Position numbers and translations under genes: made by a program. From Candidatus Woesearchaeota archaeon (lineage in GTDB: Archaea; Nanobdellota; Nanobdellia; SCGC-AAA011-G17; UBA489): a stretch of DNA of 64,000 nt. A model generated the notes under the pieces. It was given only the letters and a program-made list of their open reading frames with translations. It ran no database searches and was not told the DNA's origin. Location: contig JABIKK010000011.1 of NCBI GenBank assembly GCA_018655015.1, forward strand, positions 111,736 through 175,735, in the 5' to 3' direction. Shown here in pieces: positions 43,604 to 54,214 of the stretch. Position 1 is the first letter of the stretch; every line of letters begins with the position of its first letter.

Positions 43604-46450
43604 CTAGAGCTTGTTAAATGCTATTTTGAATGTGTAGTCTTTGATTTTCTCTTCTTTTTGGACATTATACTGGCCATCTAGTGCTCCAAATGCTAGATTT
43701 ACTGCTCCAACTCTTTCCATTAGTTGTTCTTTGAAGGCCATTAAGTCGTAGTCTGAATCAATAACTAATGAGATTCTATCTCTTGGCACTAGGTTTGCTT
43801 TTTTTCTTAAAGCTTGAACTTTTCTTGAAACTTCTCGGAAGTATCCTTCTAGTTCTAGCTCTTTTGTTATTTTAGTATCTAATTTTGCTGATACTTCATT
43901 ACCTTCTACCTTGGTGATATCTAATTTTTTTAGATTTACTTCATCAAGTATTAATTCTATGAATTCTTTGTTTAACTTGTCTGGTGAGATGATACTTGCA
44001 CTAGACAATGGTTGTCTAACTGAGATTTTTGCTTTTTCTCTTTCTTCTAGTATCCTACTTACTATTTCTCTTGTTATTGTCATTTGTTCATTTAGTTTTT
44101 TATTAATTGATTTCTCATTAACTCTTGGCCATGATTCTAAGTGAACTGATTCTTCAATTTTATTATTCTTTTTGAACATTAGTTGTATTTCTTCAGAAAT
44201 GAATGGTGTTATCGGAGCCATTACTTTTGATAGGGAATGTAATGCGAATGCTAAAGTTTGAATCGCGTTTGCTTTATCTTCCTTATCTTCTGATTTGAAT
44301 CTATCTCTACTTCTTCTTACATACCATTTTGAAAGAGTTTCGATGTATGATGCTATTTCTCTACAAGTTTGAGGAGTATCGTATCCCTCTAGTGATTCAG
44401 TTACGTTTTTGATTAATGAATTAGTTTGACTTATGCACCATTTGTCGAGTATGTTTTTGGAGTTGGGTTCTTTTAATGAAACTTTTTCATTTCCAGACAA
44501 TTCATAGAAACTTTTTATGTTTGATAGAAGCATTACTACTTTTCTGTAAACTTCTTTTACTTCGTCTTCGTGGAAGTTTAGATCTTGTGCCTTCATTAAT
44601 TGTGTAGACATTAAGTAGAACCTTAACGAGTCTGCACCGTACTTTTCAAAGATTTCATTTGGATCTGGATAGTTCTTCTTTGATTTTGACATTTTAGATC
44701 CGTCTGAAGCTAGAATGTTTCCAGATACAACTACGTTTTTGAAGGGAGCTTTATCGAATAGTAATACAGAGATTACATGCATATAATAGAACCAAGCCCT
44801 TACTTGGCCCACATATTCTGATACGAAATCGCAAGGGAAATTCTTTTCAAACAATTCCTTGTTTTCGAAAGGATAATGCTTTGCAGCGAAGGGCATTGCG
44901 CCTGATTCAAACCAACAGTCTAGTACTTCTGGAATTCTTTCCATCTCTTTCCCACATTTGCAATTTAGTTTAATATCGTCTACTATGTGTTTGTGGAGGT
45001 CTACATTGTCATTAAGCTTCTTTGTAGAATTTTCTTGTAATTCTTTTATTGAGCCAATTACCTTGACTTCCTCACAATCATTGCATTTCCAAACTGGTAT
45101 TGATGTCGCCCAGAATCTATTTCTTGATATGCTCCAATCTGGGGCGGTTTCTACTATGTGTTTGAATTGACCTTCTTTAATGTTTTTAGGATACCAATTA
45201 ATTTGTTTGTTTTTCTTTAGTAATTGTGCTTTTATTTTTTGTATATCGACGAACCAAGAGTTAACTGCATTGTAAAATAATGGAGTTTCACATCTGTAAC
45301 AGAAAGGATATTCATGTGAATAATCTAATTTATCATAGAGTAAATTTCTTTCTTCCAAATCATTTAGTACTTTTTCATCTGCTTTTTTGAACCAAGTGTC
45401 GATCCATTCTTTTGGACCAAGATGTAATTTACCATGATGCCCTAGATGTTGGATAACTGGAAGGTCATATTTTTTAACCATTTCATAATCAAACTCCCCA
45501 TAGAGTGCCATGTGAACAATTCCAGTTCCATCTTCAGAAGTTACTTCATCCCCTCCATTAATTACATAATGTCCTTTTTTGTCTGAAGGAATGTGGTATA
45601 GTGGTTCGTACTCTTTGTGAATTAGTTTTTCGCCTTTTAGTGTATCTACAACCTTATAATCTCCATTTAGAGTTTCTAATCTGTCTTTGACTAAGATTAA
45701 GAGTTCTCCGTTGTGCTCAACTTTTACGTAATCTAGTTTTGCGTTGATTGCTAATGCAACATTACCAATTAGTGTCCAAGGAGTTGTTGTCCATGCTAAA
45801 AAATAAGTGTTTTCTTCACCTTTTAGTTTGAATTTTGCTGTTGCTGTTTTTTCTGTTATTGTTTTGTAACTCTTATCCATTGCAATTTCTGTGTTTGATA
45901 AAGGTGTTTGGCATCTTGGGCAAAATAACAATACTTTTTTTCCTTCGTAGATGTATCCTTTATCATAAAGTTTTTTGAAAATATTCCATACTGATTCCAT
46001 GTAGGAATTATCCATTGTTTTGTAAGAATTATCAAAATCTATCCATTTCCCCATACGTCTAACTGTTTTTTTCCATTCTCCTGCAAAGTCTAGAACCTTT
46101 GAGCGACAGAATTCATTAAACTTCTTTATGCCCATCTCTTCTATTTCTTTTTTTTGTTTGATTTTTAGATCTTTTTCTGCAATGTTCTCAATTGGAAGTC
46201 CGTGGCAATCCCATCCCCATCTACGTTCTACTCTATGTCCTTTCATAGTCCAGAATCTAGGGAATAAATCTTTGGAAGTAAGGCCTAAGATATGTCCGTA
46301 ATGTGGGGTTCCTGTTGCAAATGGAGGTCCATCATAGAATAGGTATTGCTTATCTTTGGGTTTGGAGTCTACTGACTTTTCAAATATTTTGTTTTTTTCC
46401 CAAAACTCAACTAATTTGTTCTCCTTCTCAGTTATGTTGGAACCAGCCAT
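43604..46450 (-). CDS. ileS: Isoleucyl-tRNA synthetase
   Basis: HIGH region PFATGTPHYGH, KMSKS motif and a CP1 editing-domain region. 948 aa, which is compact. Confidence 0.9.
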   Translation of the reverse strand: MAGSNITEKENKLVEFWEKNKIFEKSVDSKPKDKQYLFYDGPPFATGTPHYGHILGLTSKDLFPRFWTMKGHRVERRWGWDCHGLPIENIAEKDLKIKQKKEIEEMGIKKFNEFCRSKVLDFAGEWKKTVRRMGKWIDFDNSYKTMDNSYMESVWNIFKKLYDKGYIYEGKKVLLFCPRCQTPLSNTEIAMDKSYKTITEKTATAKFKLKGEENTYFLAWTTTPWTLIGNVALAINAKLDYVKVEHNGELLILVKDRLETLNGDYKVVDTLKGEKLIHKEYEPLYHIPSDKKGHYVINGGDEVTSEDGTGIVHMALYGEFDYEMVKKYDLPVIQHLGHHGKLHLGPKEWIDTWFKKADEKVLNDLEERNLLYDKLDYSHEYPFCYRCETPLFYNAVNSWFVDIQKIKAQLLKKNKQINWYPKNIKEGQFKHIVETAPDWSISRNRFWATSIPVWKCNDCEEVKVIGSIKELQENSTKKLNDNVDLHKHIVDDIKLNCKCGKEMERIPEVLDCWFESGAMPFAAKHYPFENKELFEKNFPCDFVSEYVGQVRAWFYYMHVISVLLFDKAPFKNVVVSGNILASDGSKMSKSKKNYPDPNEIFEKYGADSLRFYLMSTQLMKAQDLNFHEDEVKEVYRKVVMLLSNIKSFYELSGNEKVSLKEPNSKNILDKWCISQTNSLIKNVTESLEGYDTPQTCREIASYIETLSKWYVRRSRDRFKSEDKEDKANAIQTLAFALHSLSKVMAPITPFISEEIQLMFKKNNKIEESVHLESWPRVNEKSINKKLNEQMTITREIVSRILEEREKAKISVRQPLSSASIISPDKLNKEFIELILDEVNLKKLDITKVEGNEVSAKLDTKITKELELEGYFREVSRKVQALRKKANLVPRDRISLVIDSDYDLMAFKEQLMERVGAVNLAFGALDGQYNVQKEEKIKDYTFKIAFNKL

Positions 46451-46578
46451 AGATTTTTCTATCTTGGAGGGGATTTAAATAGGTTATGCTATCAATTTTG
46501 GAGTATTTACTCTCTAACCCAACAAAACTTATAAATTGGATTTGATATTTTTGTGTGATGAGCACAAATTCTTTACAA

Positions 46579-47517
46579 ATGTGGACTGAGAAGTATAGAC
46601 CTTCTAAGTTTTCAGAAGTTTATGGCCAGAAAGATGTGGTTGAAAAGGTTAAGGCATTTGTTAGTAAAGGAAATATGCCTCATTTATTATTTGCTGGTCC
46701 TGCAGGAATAGGCAAAACTACTTTGTCTTTGGTTATTGCTAAAGAATTATTTGGTGATAATTGGAGAGGAAATTTTTTAGAAACTAATGCTTCTGATGAG
46801 AGGGGTATCGATGTTGTTAGGAATAAAGTTAAAGATTTTGCTAGAACTAAAGCAATTGGAACTGAGTTTCCAAAGATTGTTTATTTGGATGAATGTGATA
46901 GTTTGACCAAAGAAGCACAGCAGGCATTGAGAAGAACAATGGAAAGTTATTCTGGAACTGCTAGATTCATTTTAAGTTGTAATTATCCTACTAAAATAAT
47001 TGATCCCATACAGAGTAGATGTGCAGTGTTCAAGTTTAAACCTTTGAATAAGGAAGATATCTCTGAGTTGATGGGTAAAATTGCTGCTGATGAAGGGATT
47101 AGTTTAGATGATGCTGCAAAAGGAGCATTGTTTGATGTTAGTGGTGGAGATGTTAGAAGGGCGATCAACACATTACATAGTTCTTCTGCAGTAAATAAAA
47201 CTGTTAGCGCAGATACAATTTATGAAATTGCTAATTTTGCTAAGCCTAAAGAGATTGATACTGTTTTGATGATGGCTTTGGATGGTGCTTTTGAAAAAGC
47301 TAAAAATAAATTATTAGACATTATGTTAAATAATGGTCTTAGTGGGATGGATATGATTAAACAAATACAGGCTGAAGCTGGAAAATTAGACATTGATGGC
47401 TCAATTAAGATGAAGATGATTGAGAAATGTGGAGAAATCGAATTTAGAATGGTTGAAGGTAGTGATGAGTTTATTCAGTTGGAGGCACTTCTTGCTAGTT
47501 TTGGAATCTTAAAATGA
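46579..47517 (+). CDS. rfcS: Replication factor C small subunit
   Basis: MWTEKYRP...LLFAGPAGIGKTT Walker A, DEAD-like YLDECD and SRC motif (QSRCAVF). Start trimmed to the internal Met. Confidence 0.85.
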   Translation: MWTEKYRPSKFSEVYGQKDVVEKVKAFVSKGNMPHLLFAGPAGIGKTTLSLVIAKELFGDNWRGNFLETNASDERGIDVVRNKVKDFARTKAIGTEFPKIVYLDECDSLTKEAQQALRRTMESYSGTARFILSCNYPTKIIDPIQSRCAVFKFKPLNKEDISELMGKIAADEGISLDDAAKGALFDVSGGDVRRAINTLHSSSAVNKTVSADTIYEIANFAKPKEIDTVLMMALDGAFEKAKNKLLDIMLNNGLSGMDMIKQIQAEAGKLDIDGSIKMKMIEKCGEIEFRMVEGSDEFIQLEALLASFGILK

Positions 47518-48683
47518 AGCCATGGTGCGAAAAATATAAACCGAAAGATGTTAATGAGCTTGCCGTTGGTAGCTCTTCTATTTCTAAGTTAAAAGATATT
47601 ATTGAGAGAAAAGGAATCGCAATGATTTCTGGTCCAACTGGTTGTGGAAAGACAACTGCTGTTGAAACAATTGCTAAAGAAGGCGATTATGAGTTAGTTG
47701 AAATGAATGCTTCGGATTTTAGAAATACTGAGGGGGTTAATTCCGTTGTTGGTGGAAGTTTGCAGCAGCAAAGCTTGTTTGCAAAAGAGAAAATAGTTTT
47801 AGTTGATGAGATAAATGGTATTGCTGGGCGTGAGGATCGTGGAGGAGTGCAGGCATTATCTAAATTAATGAAAGATAATAAACATGCCCTAGTTTTATGT
47901 GCTGAAGACCCTTGGCATAAAAAAATTAATTCTATCCGTAAAAAATCTGAAGTTGTTAAATTTGATGCTATGAACTATCTTAGTATTGTTAAAGTTCTTG
48001 AAAGAATTTGTAATGCTGAAAATGTTGAATATGACAAAGAAGATTTGAAAGTTATTGGTAGAAGAGTTGGAGGAGACTTGAGAGCTGCAATAAATGATTT
48101 ACAAATACATTCTTGTTTTGGTAAGGTTGAATTAGGTGAAGATAATGAGGACAATGAACGTGGGAAAGAAAGCAATATTACTGATGCATTGAGAATTGTG
48201 TTGAAAAGCACTAAATGGGATAATGTTAATGGAGTGTATGATAGAGTTCCAGAGAATCACAAGGATATTATGCTATGGTTGGAACAAAATATTCCTTACG
48301 AGTATAAAGGTGAAGAGTTATCTAAGGCCTTTGATTCGTTGAGTAGGGCAGATATTTTTAATAGGAGAATAATGAGGTGGCAACATTGGAGGTATTTAGT
48401 TTACATCTATCAGTTGTTGAGTAATGGTGTTGCCTTTTCTAAAGAAGAAAGTAAGAAAGGTTTTGTTATGTATAAGCGTGGTAGTAGGCCCTTGAAGATT
48501 TGGATGAATAATCAAAAGAACTTTAAGAGGAAAACTATTTCTGAAAAGTTATCTGGGAAATTCCATACTTCTAAGAAAGGTTTTATCCAAGAAGATTTAC
48601 CACATTTGAAAATATTAGCTAAACATGGGAAGTTGCCTGAATTAGGATTAGATGAAGAAGAAATTGAATGGTTGAAGAAGTGA
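47514..48683 (+). CDS. rfcL: Replication factor C large subunit (short form)
   Basis: WCEKYKPKDVNELAVG...ISGPTGCGKTT. ATGA overlap with rfcS. Confidence 0.8.
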   Translation: MKPWCEKYKPKDVNELAVGSSSISKLKDIIERKGIAMISGPTGCGKTTAVETIAKEGDYELVEMNASDFRNTEGVNSVVGGSLQQQSLFAKEKIVLVDEINGIAGREDRGGVQALSKLMKDNKHALVLCAEDPWHKKINSIRKKSEVVKFDAMNYLSIVKVLERICNAENVEYDKEDLKVIGRRVGGDLRAAINDLQIHSCFGKVELGEDNEDNERGKESNITDALRIVLKSTKWDNVNGVYDRVPENHKDIMLWLEQNIPYEYKGEELSKAFDSLSRADIFNRRIMRWQHWRYLVYIYQLLSNGVAFSKEESKKGFVMYKRGSRPLKIWMNNQKNFKRKTISEKLSGKFHTSKKGFIQEDLPHLKILAKHGKLPELGLDEEEIEWLKK

Positions 48684-48755
48684 TTTAAAAGCAAATATTT
48701 GTTTTTATAAATCAAAACAAGAAGACTTAAATTCTGAATAATTTTTTTGTGATTA

Positions 48756-49172
48756 ATGGCTAAAGACAAGGCAAAGATAACTAGTAAGAATATTCTAGAT
48801 ACAAGAAGAGATGTTTTACCTGCGAAGAAAAGATTAGATGGATTAGTTTTACAATTAGTTAATCAGAGATCACTTGCCAGGGAAATAGCCCACGCTGAAG
48901 TTCTTATTGCATTGGCTGAAAAAAGATTTGAAGATGCTTTGCCCATGATAGTGTTGTATAATATGAGTATCCCTCCTGGGGATCTTAAAAAAGTAGCAGA
49001 TGCATATTGTAGGGATGGATTCAATAATGATAGTGAATACTTAACATTTGTAAGAAACGCATATAGGTCATTAGGTATGGAAAATGAGGCTAGAGAACTT
49101 CATGGATCAATTGTTGACGCAGTGGAACAAGAGAATTATGAGAAGGAAGCAAGTGTTGAACCTGCTCAATAA
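48756..49172 (+). CDS. Hypothetical protein (138 aa)
   Basis: ORF with no motif. Confidence 0.3.
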   Translation: MAKDKAKITSKNILDTRRDVLPAKKRLDGLVLQLVNQRSLAREIAHAEVLIALAEKRFEDALPMIVLYNMSIPPGDLKKVADAYCRDGFNNDSEYLTFVRNAYRSLGMENEARELHGSIVDAVEQENYEKEASVEPAQ

Positions 49173-50332
49173 TTACTAGGATCTACTTCTTCATAAGATC
49201 CGCCAATTCTAATTTCATCATAGTAAATTGTGTTTTCTGAAAGAACATTTGGACCTCTGTAAAGTCCTAATTTCAGATTCTTTGGTGTTGATGTATACAT
49301 GTTCTTTGCAGTATGTTTTCCATCAGTAAACGAACCTCCATTTAACCATGCTTGAATGTAGCCATCATTTTCCATTGACCATTTTACTTCAAATATTATG
49401 TCGTTCCATTCCCCTAATTGTATTGCTCTTTCTCCAATAAGTGTTGATTGTGAGTTGACATTTGGTCTTGTAAGGACTCCTAGTCCTGTAGTGCCATCTG
49501 CTAATTCTTCATATCTTATTGAGACTGAAGGGCTTCCTTTCTTTCCGCCGTGATTATTTTCCCATTCTTCCCATGATTGATTTGCCTCGGGTCGGTGGAA
49601 CCATTGTCCAACTATATTGAATCCATCATGTTCTACACTATGATTATAGTAAAAATCTTCTGGGAAATAAACACTCCACCCATAGAAGACTGGACGGCCA
49701 TCCATAGGATATTCATCTGCGTAAGGTAGTTTCAAACTTAGTTCTACTCTGCTTTTACCATATATTAAATCATGTTGAACTGCTACGTCTCCATGCCTTA
49801 CGTTCATCTTGAGTGCGTAGTTTCCATTTCTCGTAATGTCTGAAACTATGATTCCTGAATCGGCCCTTGCAAATTGTGCATTCCAATGTTCCGAAAGAGA
49901 TCCACTTTCGAAATCTGTGGTTATTGAGAAAATGTCTTCTCCGAAGTTTCCTGATTCGTTGTTTCCTGATTCGTTATTATTACTTTCATTGTTTCCTGAT
50001 TCGTTGTTTCCGGATTCGTTGTTGGATCCTTCGTCTTCGCCTTCTTCATCCTCCTCTTCCTCGTTTTGGTCATCCCCATTATCTGGAGGTGGGTCATCTA
50101 CGTCTCCTGAATCTGAAGCTCCAGAATTGTCAGGGGTTTTTTCTAGAACGGGATTGTTTTCATCTGTGAGTCCATCTGGACTTGTTGATTGTGTAACAAA
50201 TGTGCTTTTGATCGTTTTAATTGTACTTTTTGCTAAAGGATTTTTCATTAAGAATGGAATGTACATTATTAATACAAATACTAAAATTACACTAGATACC
50301 TTTAGAAAGTTCTTAAAATCTCCATCACCCAT
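49166..50332 (-). CDS. Membrane-anchored extracellular protein: acidic SGNNE-repeat linker plus C-terminal ConA-like/polysaccharide-lyase-like beta-sandwich domain
   Basis: N-terminal TM. Linker (ESGNN)n. C-terminal domain ...HWNAQFARADSGIIV...GQWFHRPE...LGLYRG, which reads as beta-rich and lectin/glucanase-fold-like. Confidence 0.4.
   Translation of the reverse strand: MGDGDFKNFLKVSSVILVFVLIMYIPFLMKNPLAKSTIKTIKSTFVTQSTSPDGLTDENNPVLEKTPDNSGASDSGDVDDPPPDNGDDQNEEEEDEEGEDEGSNNESGNNESGNNESNNNESGNNESGNFGEDIFSITTDFESGSLSEHWNAQFARADSGIIVSDITRNGNYALKMNVRHGDVAVQHDLIYGKSRVELSLKLPYADEYPMDGRPVFYGWSVYFPEDFYYNHSVEHDGFNIVGQWFHRPEANQSWEEWENNHGGKKGSPSVSIRYEELADGTTGLGVLTRPNVNSQSTLIGERAIQLGEWNDIIFEVKWSMENDGYIQAWLNGGSFTDGKHTAKNMYTSTPKNLKLGLYRGPNVLSENTIYYDEIRIGGSYEEVDPSNY
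49946..50035. repeat. 15-nt tandem repeat (gtttcctgattcgtt) x about 6, encoding the NESGN repeats
   Basis: Perfect copies at 49946, 49961, 49991 and 50006 (the last with 1 mismatch), with degenerate copies between. Confidence 0.6.
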
Positions 50333-50380
50333 GGTATATTGTTTATAAGGATCATTTAAAAATTGTTCGTTAGAGGTTGA

Positions 50381-51412
50381 TCATTCCGAACTATTGGTAT
50401 CAACTGTAGTCGTGTTAACTGTTTTATTGATTAAACTGTTAACTCCGAATTTCCTTAATGCTCCCGGTGCCCTGAACTGTCCATTGTCTCCACCAAAACT
50501 TCCAAACATATTTAGCAGAGTTCCATTTGTAGAATAAACTTTAATTCTATTGTTTAATGTATCTGCAATGTAAATTACACCATTAATTTGCCACATCTTA
50601 CTGTTAAACATAAACTGCTCGTCTCCTCTGCCGTATTCTCCGAATGAGTTCTTTTCAGTTCCATTGGTAAAATACATCTTAATTCTTCCATTGATTGAAT
50701 CTGAAATGTAGATTGTTTGATTATACAACTCTATCCCCATTGGGAACCTTAGGCCAGATTCATTTAAGGAATAACTTCCCCATTCAAATTTGAAAGTTTC
50801 ATTATGATAAAATACTTTTATTTTGTTGTTATCGGTATCTAATACGTAAATGAAATTGTCGTCTAATACTACATCTGAGATATATCTAAACTGTCCTTGA
50901 CCCATTCCCCTTTTACCGAATGAAGATTTATTTGTTCCATTCAAGTAGAATGATGTAATTTTAGATTTGTAAGTGTTAGCTACGTAGATTGTTCCATTGT
51001 ATTCTTCAAATCCAAGTGGCCAAAGAAGGAACGTTTTTCCAAATGAAAACAAAAATGTTAAATTTTTATCAAAAACTTGAATTCGGTTATTTCCTTTGTC
51101 CAATACATATATTTTTTCGTCAATTTCTATTACATCAGAAGGCATTTTGAAAGAATAGTTGCCACTACCAAAATTACCGAAAGAAGTGATGTTGTTTCCC
51201 TGTAAATCAAATACTTGAACTCTGCTGTTGTAAGAATCAGGAATATATATTCTATTTTGGATAAGTTCTGGTTTAGATTCATTGACTAAGGTTAAAGGTT
51301 CTACAGATAGGGTAGGTGTCTCTTCTATTGTTGTTTCTTGAGAGGGCAGTATTAGAATAATAATTAACGCAAGAAGGATTGGAACTAATTTTGAAAGAGA
51401 TATTTTATTCAT
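50381..51412 (-). CDS. Secreted NHL-repeat beta-propeller protein
   Basis: Signal peptide, then at least 5 NHL-like repeats (YIPDSYNSRVQVFD, YVLDKGNNRIQVFD, YVLDTDNNKIKVF, YISDSINGRIKMY, YIADTLNNRIKVY). Confidence 0.65.
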   Translation of the reverse strand: MNKISLSKLVPILLALIIILILPSQETTIEETPTLSVEPLTLVNESKPELIQNRIYIPDSYNSRVQVFDLQGNNITSFGNFGSGNYSFKMPSDVIEIDEKIYVLDKGNNRIQVFDKNLTFLFSFGKTFLLWPLGFEEYNGTIYVANTYKSKITSFYLNGTNKSSFGKRGMGQGQFRYISDVVLDDNFIYVLDTDNNKIKVFYHNETFKFEWGSYSLNESGLRFPMGIELYNQTIYISDSINGRIKMYFTNGTEKNSFGEYGRGDEQFMFNSKMWQINGVIYIADTLNNRIKVYSTNGTLLNMFGSFGGDNGQFRAPGALRKFGVNSLINKTVNTTTVDTNSSE

Positions 51413-51413
51413 C

Positions 51414-51947
51414 TTAAAATTCCGTTAATTTTCTGATTTCTTTTATCAACTCCTTCTCCAATAGTTTCCTTCTTGTTTTTTGAACAGTTGAAACAATCTG
51501 GAGATGCTCTATTTCAAGCTTTTTTTGTGCTTCAGTAGTTAACTCTGAAAAACTTTGTCGAAATATTGCAAGAGCCCTATCCAAGTTTACTACAATCTCA
51601 TGCTGTTTAACAAACTCTTCATTCCACCCCTCTTTAGATAAATCCTTGGAAAAATCTTTGGGGTAGGTATCAACAGTTTTTCTAACCTTGACCATTAATC
51701 TTTCATAAAAATCTGTATCATATGTTTCGAGAGTTTCTGCAATAATTATCATTTGGTTTTCTAAATTTATTGTTGATTTTTTGTATGCTTCCGTTTCCTT
51801 ATTTCCATATGGAAGTATAGACTCTATTAATGGAATATTTCTAAGGGTCACCCCAAATGGCTGGAAAATCTCCACAGTAGAGACTCCAATGAGAAGACCA
51901 AGGACTACCATCTTTTTTTTAGTAAACTTAAATAGATTTTTAAACAT
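51414..51947 (-). CDS. Hypothetical membrane-anchored protein (177 aa)
   Basis: N-terminal TM. Its start is 2 nt after the NHL gene stop. Confidence 0.3.
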   Translation of the reverse strand: MFKNLFKFTKKKMVVLGLLIGVSTVEIFQPFGVTLRNIPLIESILPYGNKETEAYKKSTINLENQMIIIAETLETYDTDFYERLMVKVRKTVDTYPKDFSKDLSKEGWNEEFVKQHEIVVNLDRALAIFRQSFSELTTEAQKKLEIEHLQIVSTVQKTRRKLLEKELIKEIRKLTEF

Positions 51948-52096
51948 AATTCCATTGTGTGAGCATTCCTATAAAAACATTACTACATGATCAAATTCAT
52001 TAAAGGATTGCATGTAATGGAAAATTTCAAATAATTGTTGGTAAGAAAGGTTTTTATAAATAGCTTGCAAGGAATCTATGAAGGTGAGCATTCTGT

Positions 52097-53407
52097 ATGG
52101 CCCATAAGATAATTGTAGGAAGAAATGAAGGTGATTTTGCTAGATTTGGTGATCTAGGTACTGTTTATCTTGGGAAATCCTATGTTAGGATGGGACATAC
52201 TACTTCTTTGAGTAATGAAGTCTATTTGGATGTTGCTAGAACTCACGTTGTTATGATATGTGGTAAAAGGGGTAGTGGTAAATCTTATTCTGCATCGGTT
52301 TTGGCTGAAGAGATTTCAAGAATGGAAGATGCAATTAAGAAAAATATTGCAGTATTATTTTTTGATACAATGGGTGTTTTTTGGACTATGAAGTTTCCAA
52401 ATAAAAGACAGGAAAAATTATTAGAAGCGTGGCAGTTGAGACCTGAAGGATTGAATATTAATGTTTTTACACCAGAAGGGTATTATGACGAGTATAAGAA
52501 AAAAGGAATTCCAACAGATCACAAGTTTACAATAAGGACTAGCGAACTTAGTGCAGGTGATTGGGGAGACGTTTTTGGAATTAAACTGAATGATCCGATT
52601 GGAATATTAATTGAAAGGACTCTTGGTAAATTAGATGGAGATTATTCTATTAGAGATATTGTTGCAGAATTAAAAAAAGATAAAAAAACCACTGTGAGTA
52701 TTAAGGATGCAGCAGAAAATAGATTTTTAGCTGCAGATGAATGGGGATTGTTTGCTAAATATGGAACGACTGTTGAAGAATTAATGCAACCCGGTAGTGT
52801 TAATGTTTTAGACATAAGTTGTTATACACATACTTCGGGAGACTGGAGCATTAAGGGGTTAGTTATTGGATTAGTTAGTAAGAAGTTGTTGGCTGAAAGA
52901 ATGAATGCTCGTAAAGAAGAAGAGTTGCAAGATATTCAAAGACAGCATAGTTATTTTTACGAAGAACAAAAACAAGATAAGCCAATGGTTTGGATAATGA
53001 TTGATGAGGCACATGAGTTCTTGCCTAAAGAAGGTAAAACCCCTGCTACAGATGCTTTGGTGCAGTTATTACGTGAGGGACGGCAACCAGGAATTAGCTT
53101 AGTTTTAGTTACACAGCAACCGGGGGAGATTCATAGAGATGTCTTAACCCAAAGTGATATTGTTTTGAGCCATAAGTTAACGAGTAGTATGGATATTAAT
53201 GCGTTGAATAGCATGATGCAGTCTTATTTGACTAGTGATTTAGCAAACCATTTGAATAATTTACCTAGACTAAGAGGGAGTGCTATAATTTTAGATGATA
53301 ATAGTGAACGAATTTATCCGATGAGGGTTCATCCTAAAAGAAGTTGGCATGGTGGTGAAGCACCGAGTGCAATTAAGTTGAAAAGAGAAGTTGAGTTTGA
53401 TTTTTAA
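52097..53407 (+). CDS. HerA/FtsK-superfamily ATPase (DUF87-like), stand-alone
   Basis: Walker A VVMICGKRGSGKSY, Walker B WIMIDEAHEFL and an arginine-finger region LLREGRQPGISLVLVTQQP. Confidence 0.6.
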   Translation: MAHKIIVGRNEGDFARFGDLGTVYLGKSYVRMGHTTSLSNEVYLDVARTHVVMICGKRGSGKSYSASVLAEEISRMEDAIKKNIAVLFFDTMGVFWTMKFPNKRQEKLLEAWQLRPEGLNINVFTPEGYYDEYKKKGIPTDHKFTIRTSELSAGDWGDVFGIKLNDPIGILIERTLGKLDGDYSIRDIVAELKKDKKTTVSIKDAAENRFLAADEWGLFAKYGTTVEELMQPGSVNVLDISCYTHTSGDWSIKGLVIGLVSKKLLAERMNARKEEELQDIQRQHSYFYEEQKQDKPMVWIMIDEAHEFLPKEGKTPATDALVQLLREGRQPGISLVLVTQQPGEIHRDVLTQSDIVLSHKLTSSMDINALNSMMQSYLTSDLANHLNNLPRLRGSAIILDDNSERIYPMRVHPKRSWHGGEAPSAIKLKREVEFDF

Positions 53408-54213
53408 TTCTTTAAATCTAAACAAATTCTAAAAACGCCCGGAGAGTAATGTCCTGCTTTTGTAATTTTAACATGTTTGAATTGTTTTTTGTATTCTTTC
53501 TTAATATCTTTGAAATCATCTTCATTTGCAAAGGAGTATAAGTGAATTGTGCCCTTAGGTTTTAACTTCTTTTTTGCAAGTTCTAAAAACTCTTCTGCAT
53601 TCTTGGGTAGGGGCATTACTACTCTATCAAACTTCTTTTTTATTGTAGGCAATACTTTCTTAACATCTCCTTGAAATAAGACTACATTGTCTAGTTTGTT
53701 TAGTTGAATGTTTTCTTCTGCATATTTGTGTGCAGTTTTGCTTAGTTCTATTGCGTAAATTTCTTTTGGCTTTGATCTTTTTGCAATGACACATGGGAAT
53801 GGTGCAACACCAGAGAATAGAACTAATACTGATTCATTTTTCTTTACTTTTTTTGCTATCCTTAATCTTTCTGAACCCGATCTTGAGGAAAAATAACAAG
53901 TTTCTATGTTTAGGTTTAATCTACAACCTGACTCGATATGCATCGTTTCCTTTCTTTTATCTCCTGCTAGAATGGTTATTTTTGGGGTTCTAAGACGCCC
54001 AGAGTACTTTTTTGATTTCTTAGCAACTACATAAATATTATTGTGAGTTTCTATAATCTTACCTGCAATTTTTTTCTCTTTTTTTACTAACTCTTTTGGA
54101 AAGTCATTGAAGATTGCTATATCTCCCACTACATCAAATGAGTTTGGAACTAATTGAGATTCTTTTTTAGTGATTATCTTAGAATTTAATAAAATTGAAC
54201 TCAGTTTTGCCAT
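53404..54213 (-). CDS. Trm5/Taw2-family tRNA methyltransferase (class I SAM MTase, Met-10+ like)
   Basis: SFDVVGDIAIFNDFP N-terminal signature. Rossmann SAM site VLVLFSGVAPFP...AIELS. Confidence 0.65.
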   Translation of the reverse strand: MAKLSSILLNSKIITKKESQLVPNSFDVVGDIAIFNDFPKELVKKEKKIAGKIIETHNNIYVVAKKSKKYSGRLRTPKITILAGDKRKETMHIESGCRLNLNIETCYFSSRSGSERLRIAKKVKKNESVLVLFSGVAPFPCVIAKRSKPKEIYAIELSKTAHKYAEENIQLNKLDNVVLFQGDVKKVLPTIKKKFDRVVMPLPKNAEEFLELAKKKLKPKGTIHLYSFANEDDFKDIKKEYKKQFKHVKITKAGHYSPGVFRICLDLKN

Positions 54214-54214
54214 T

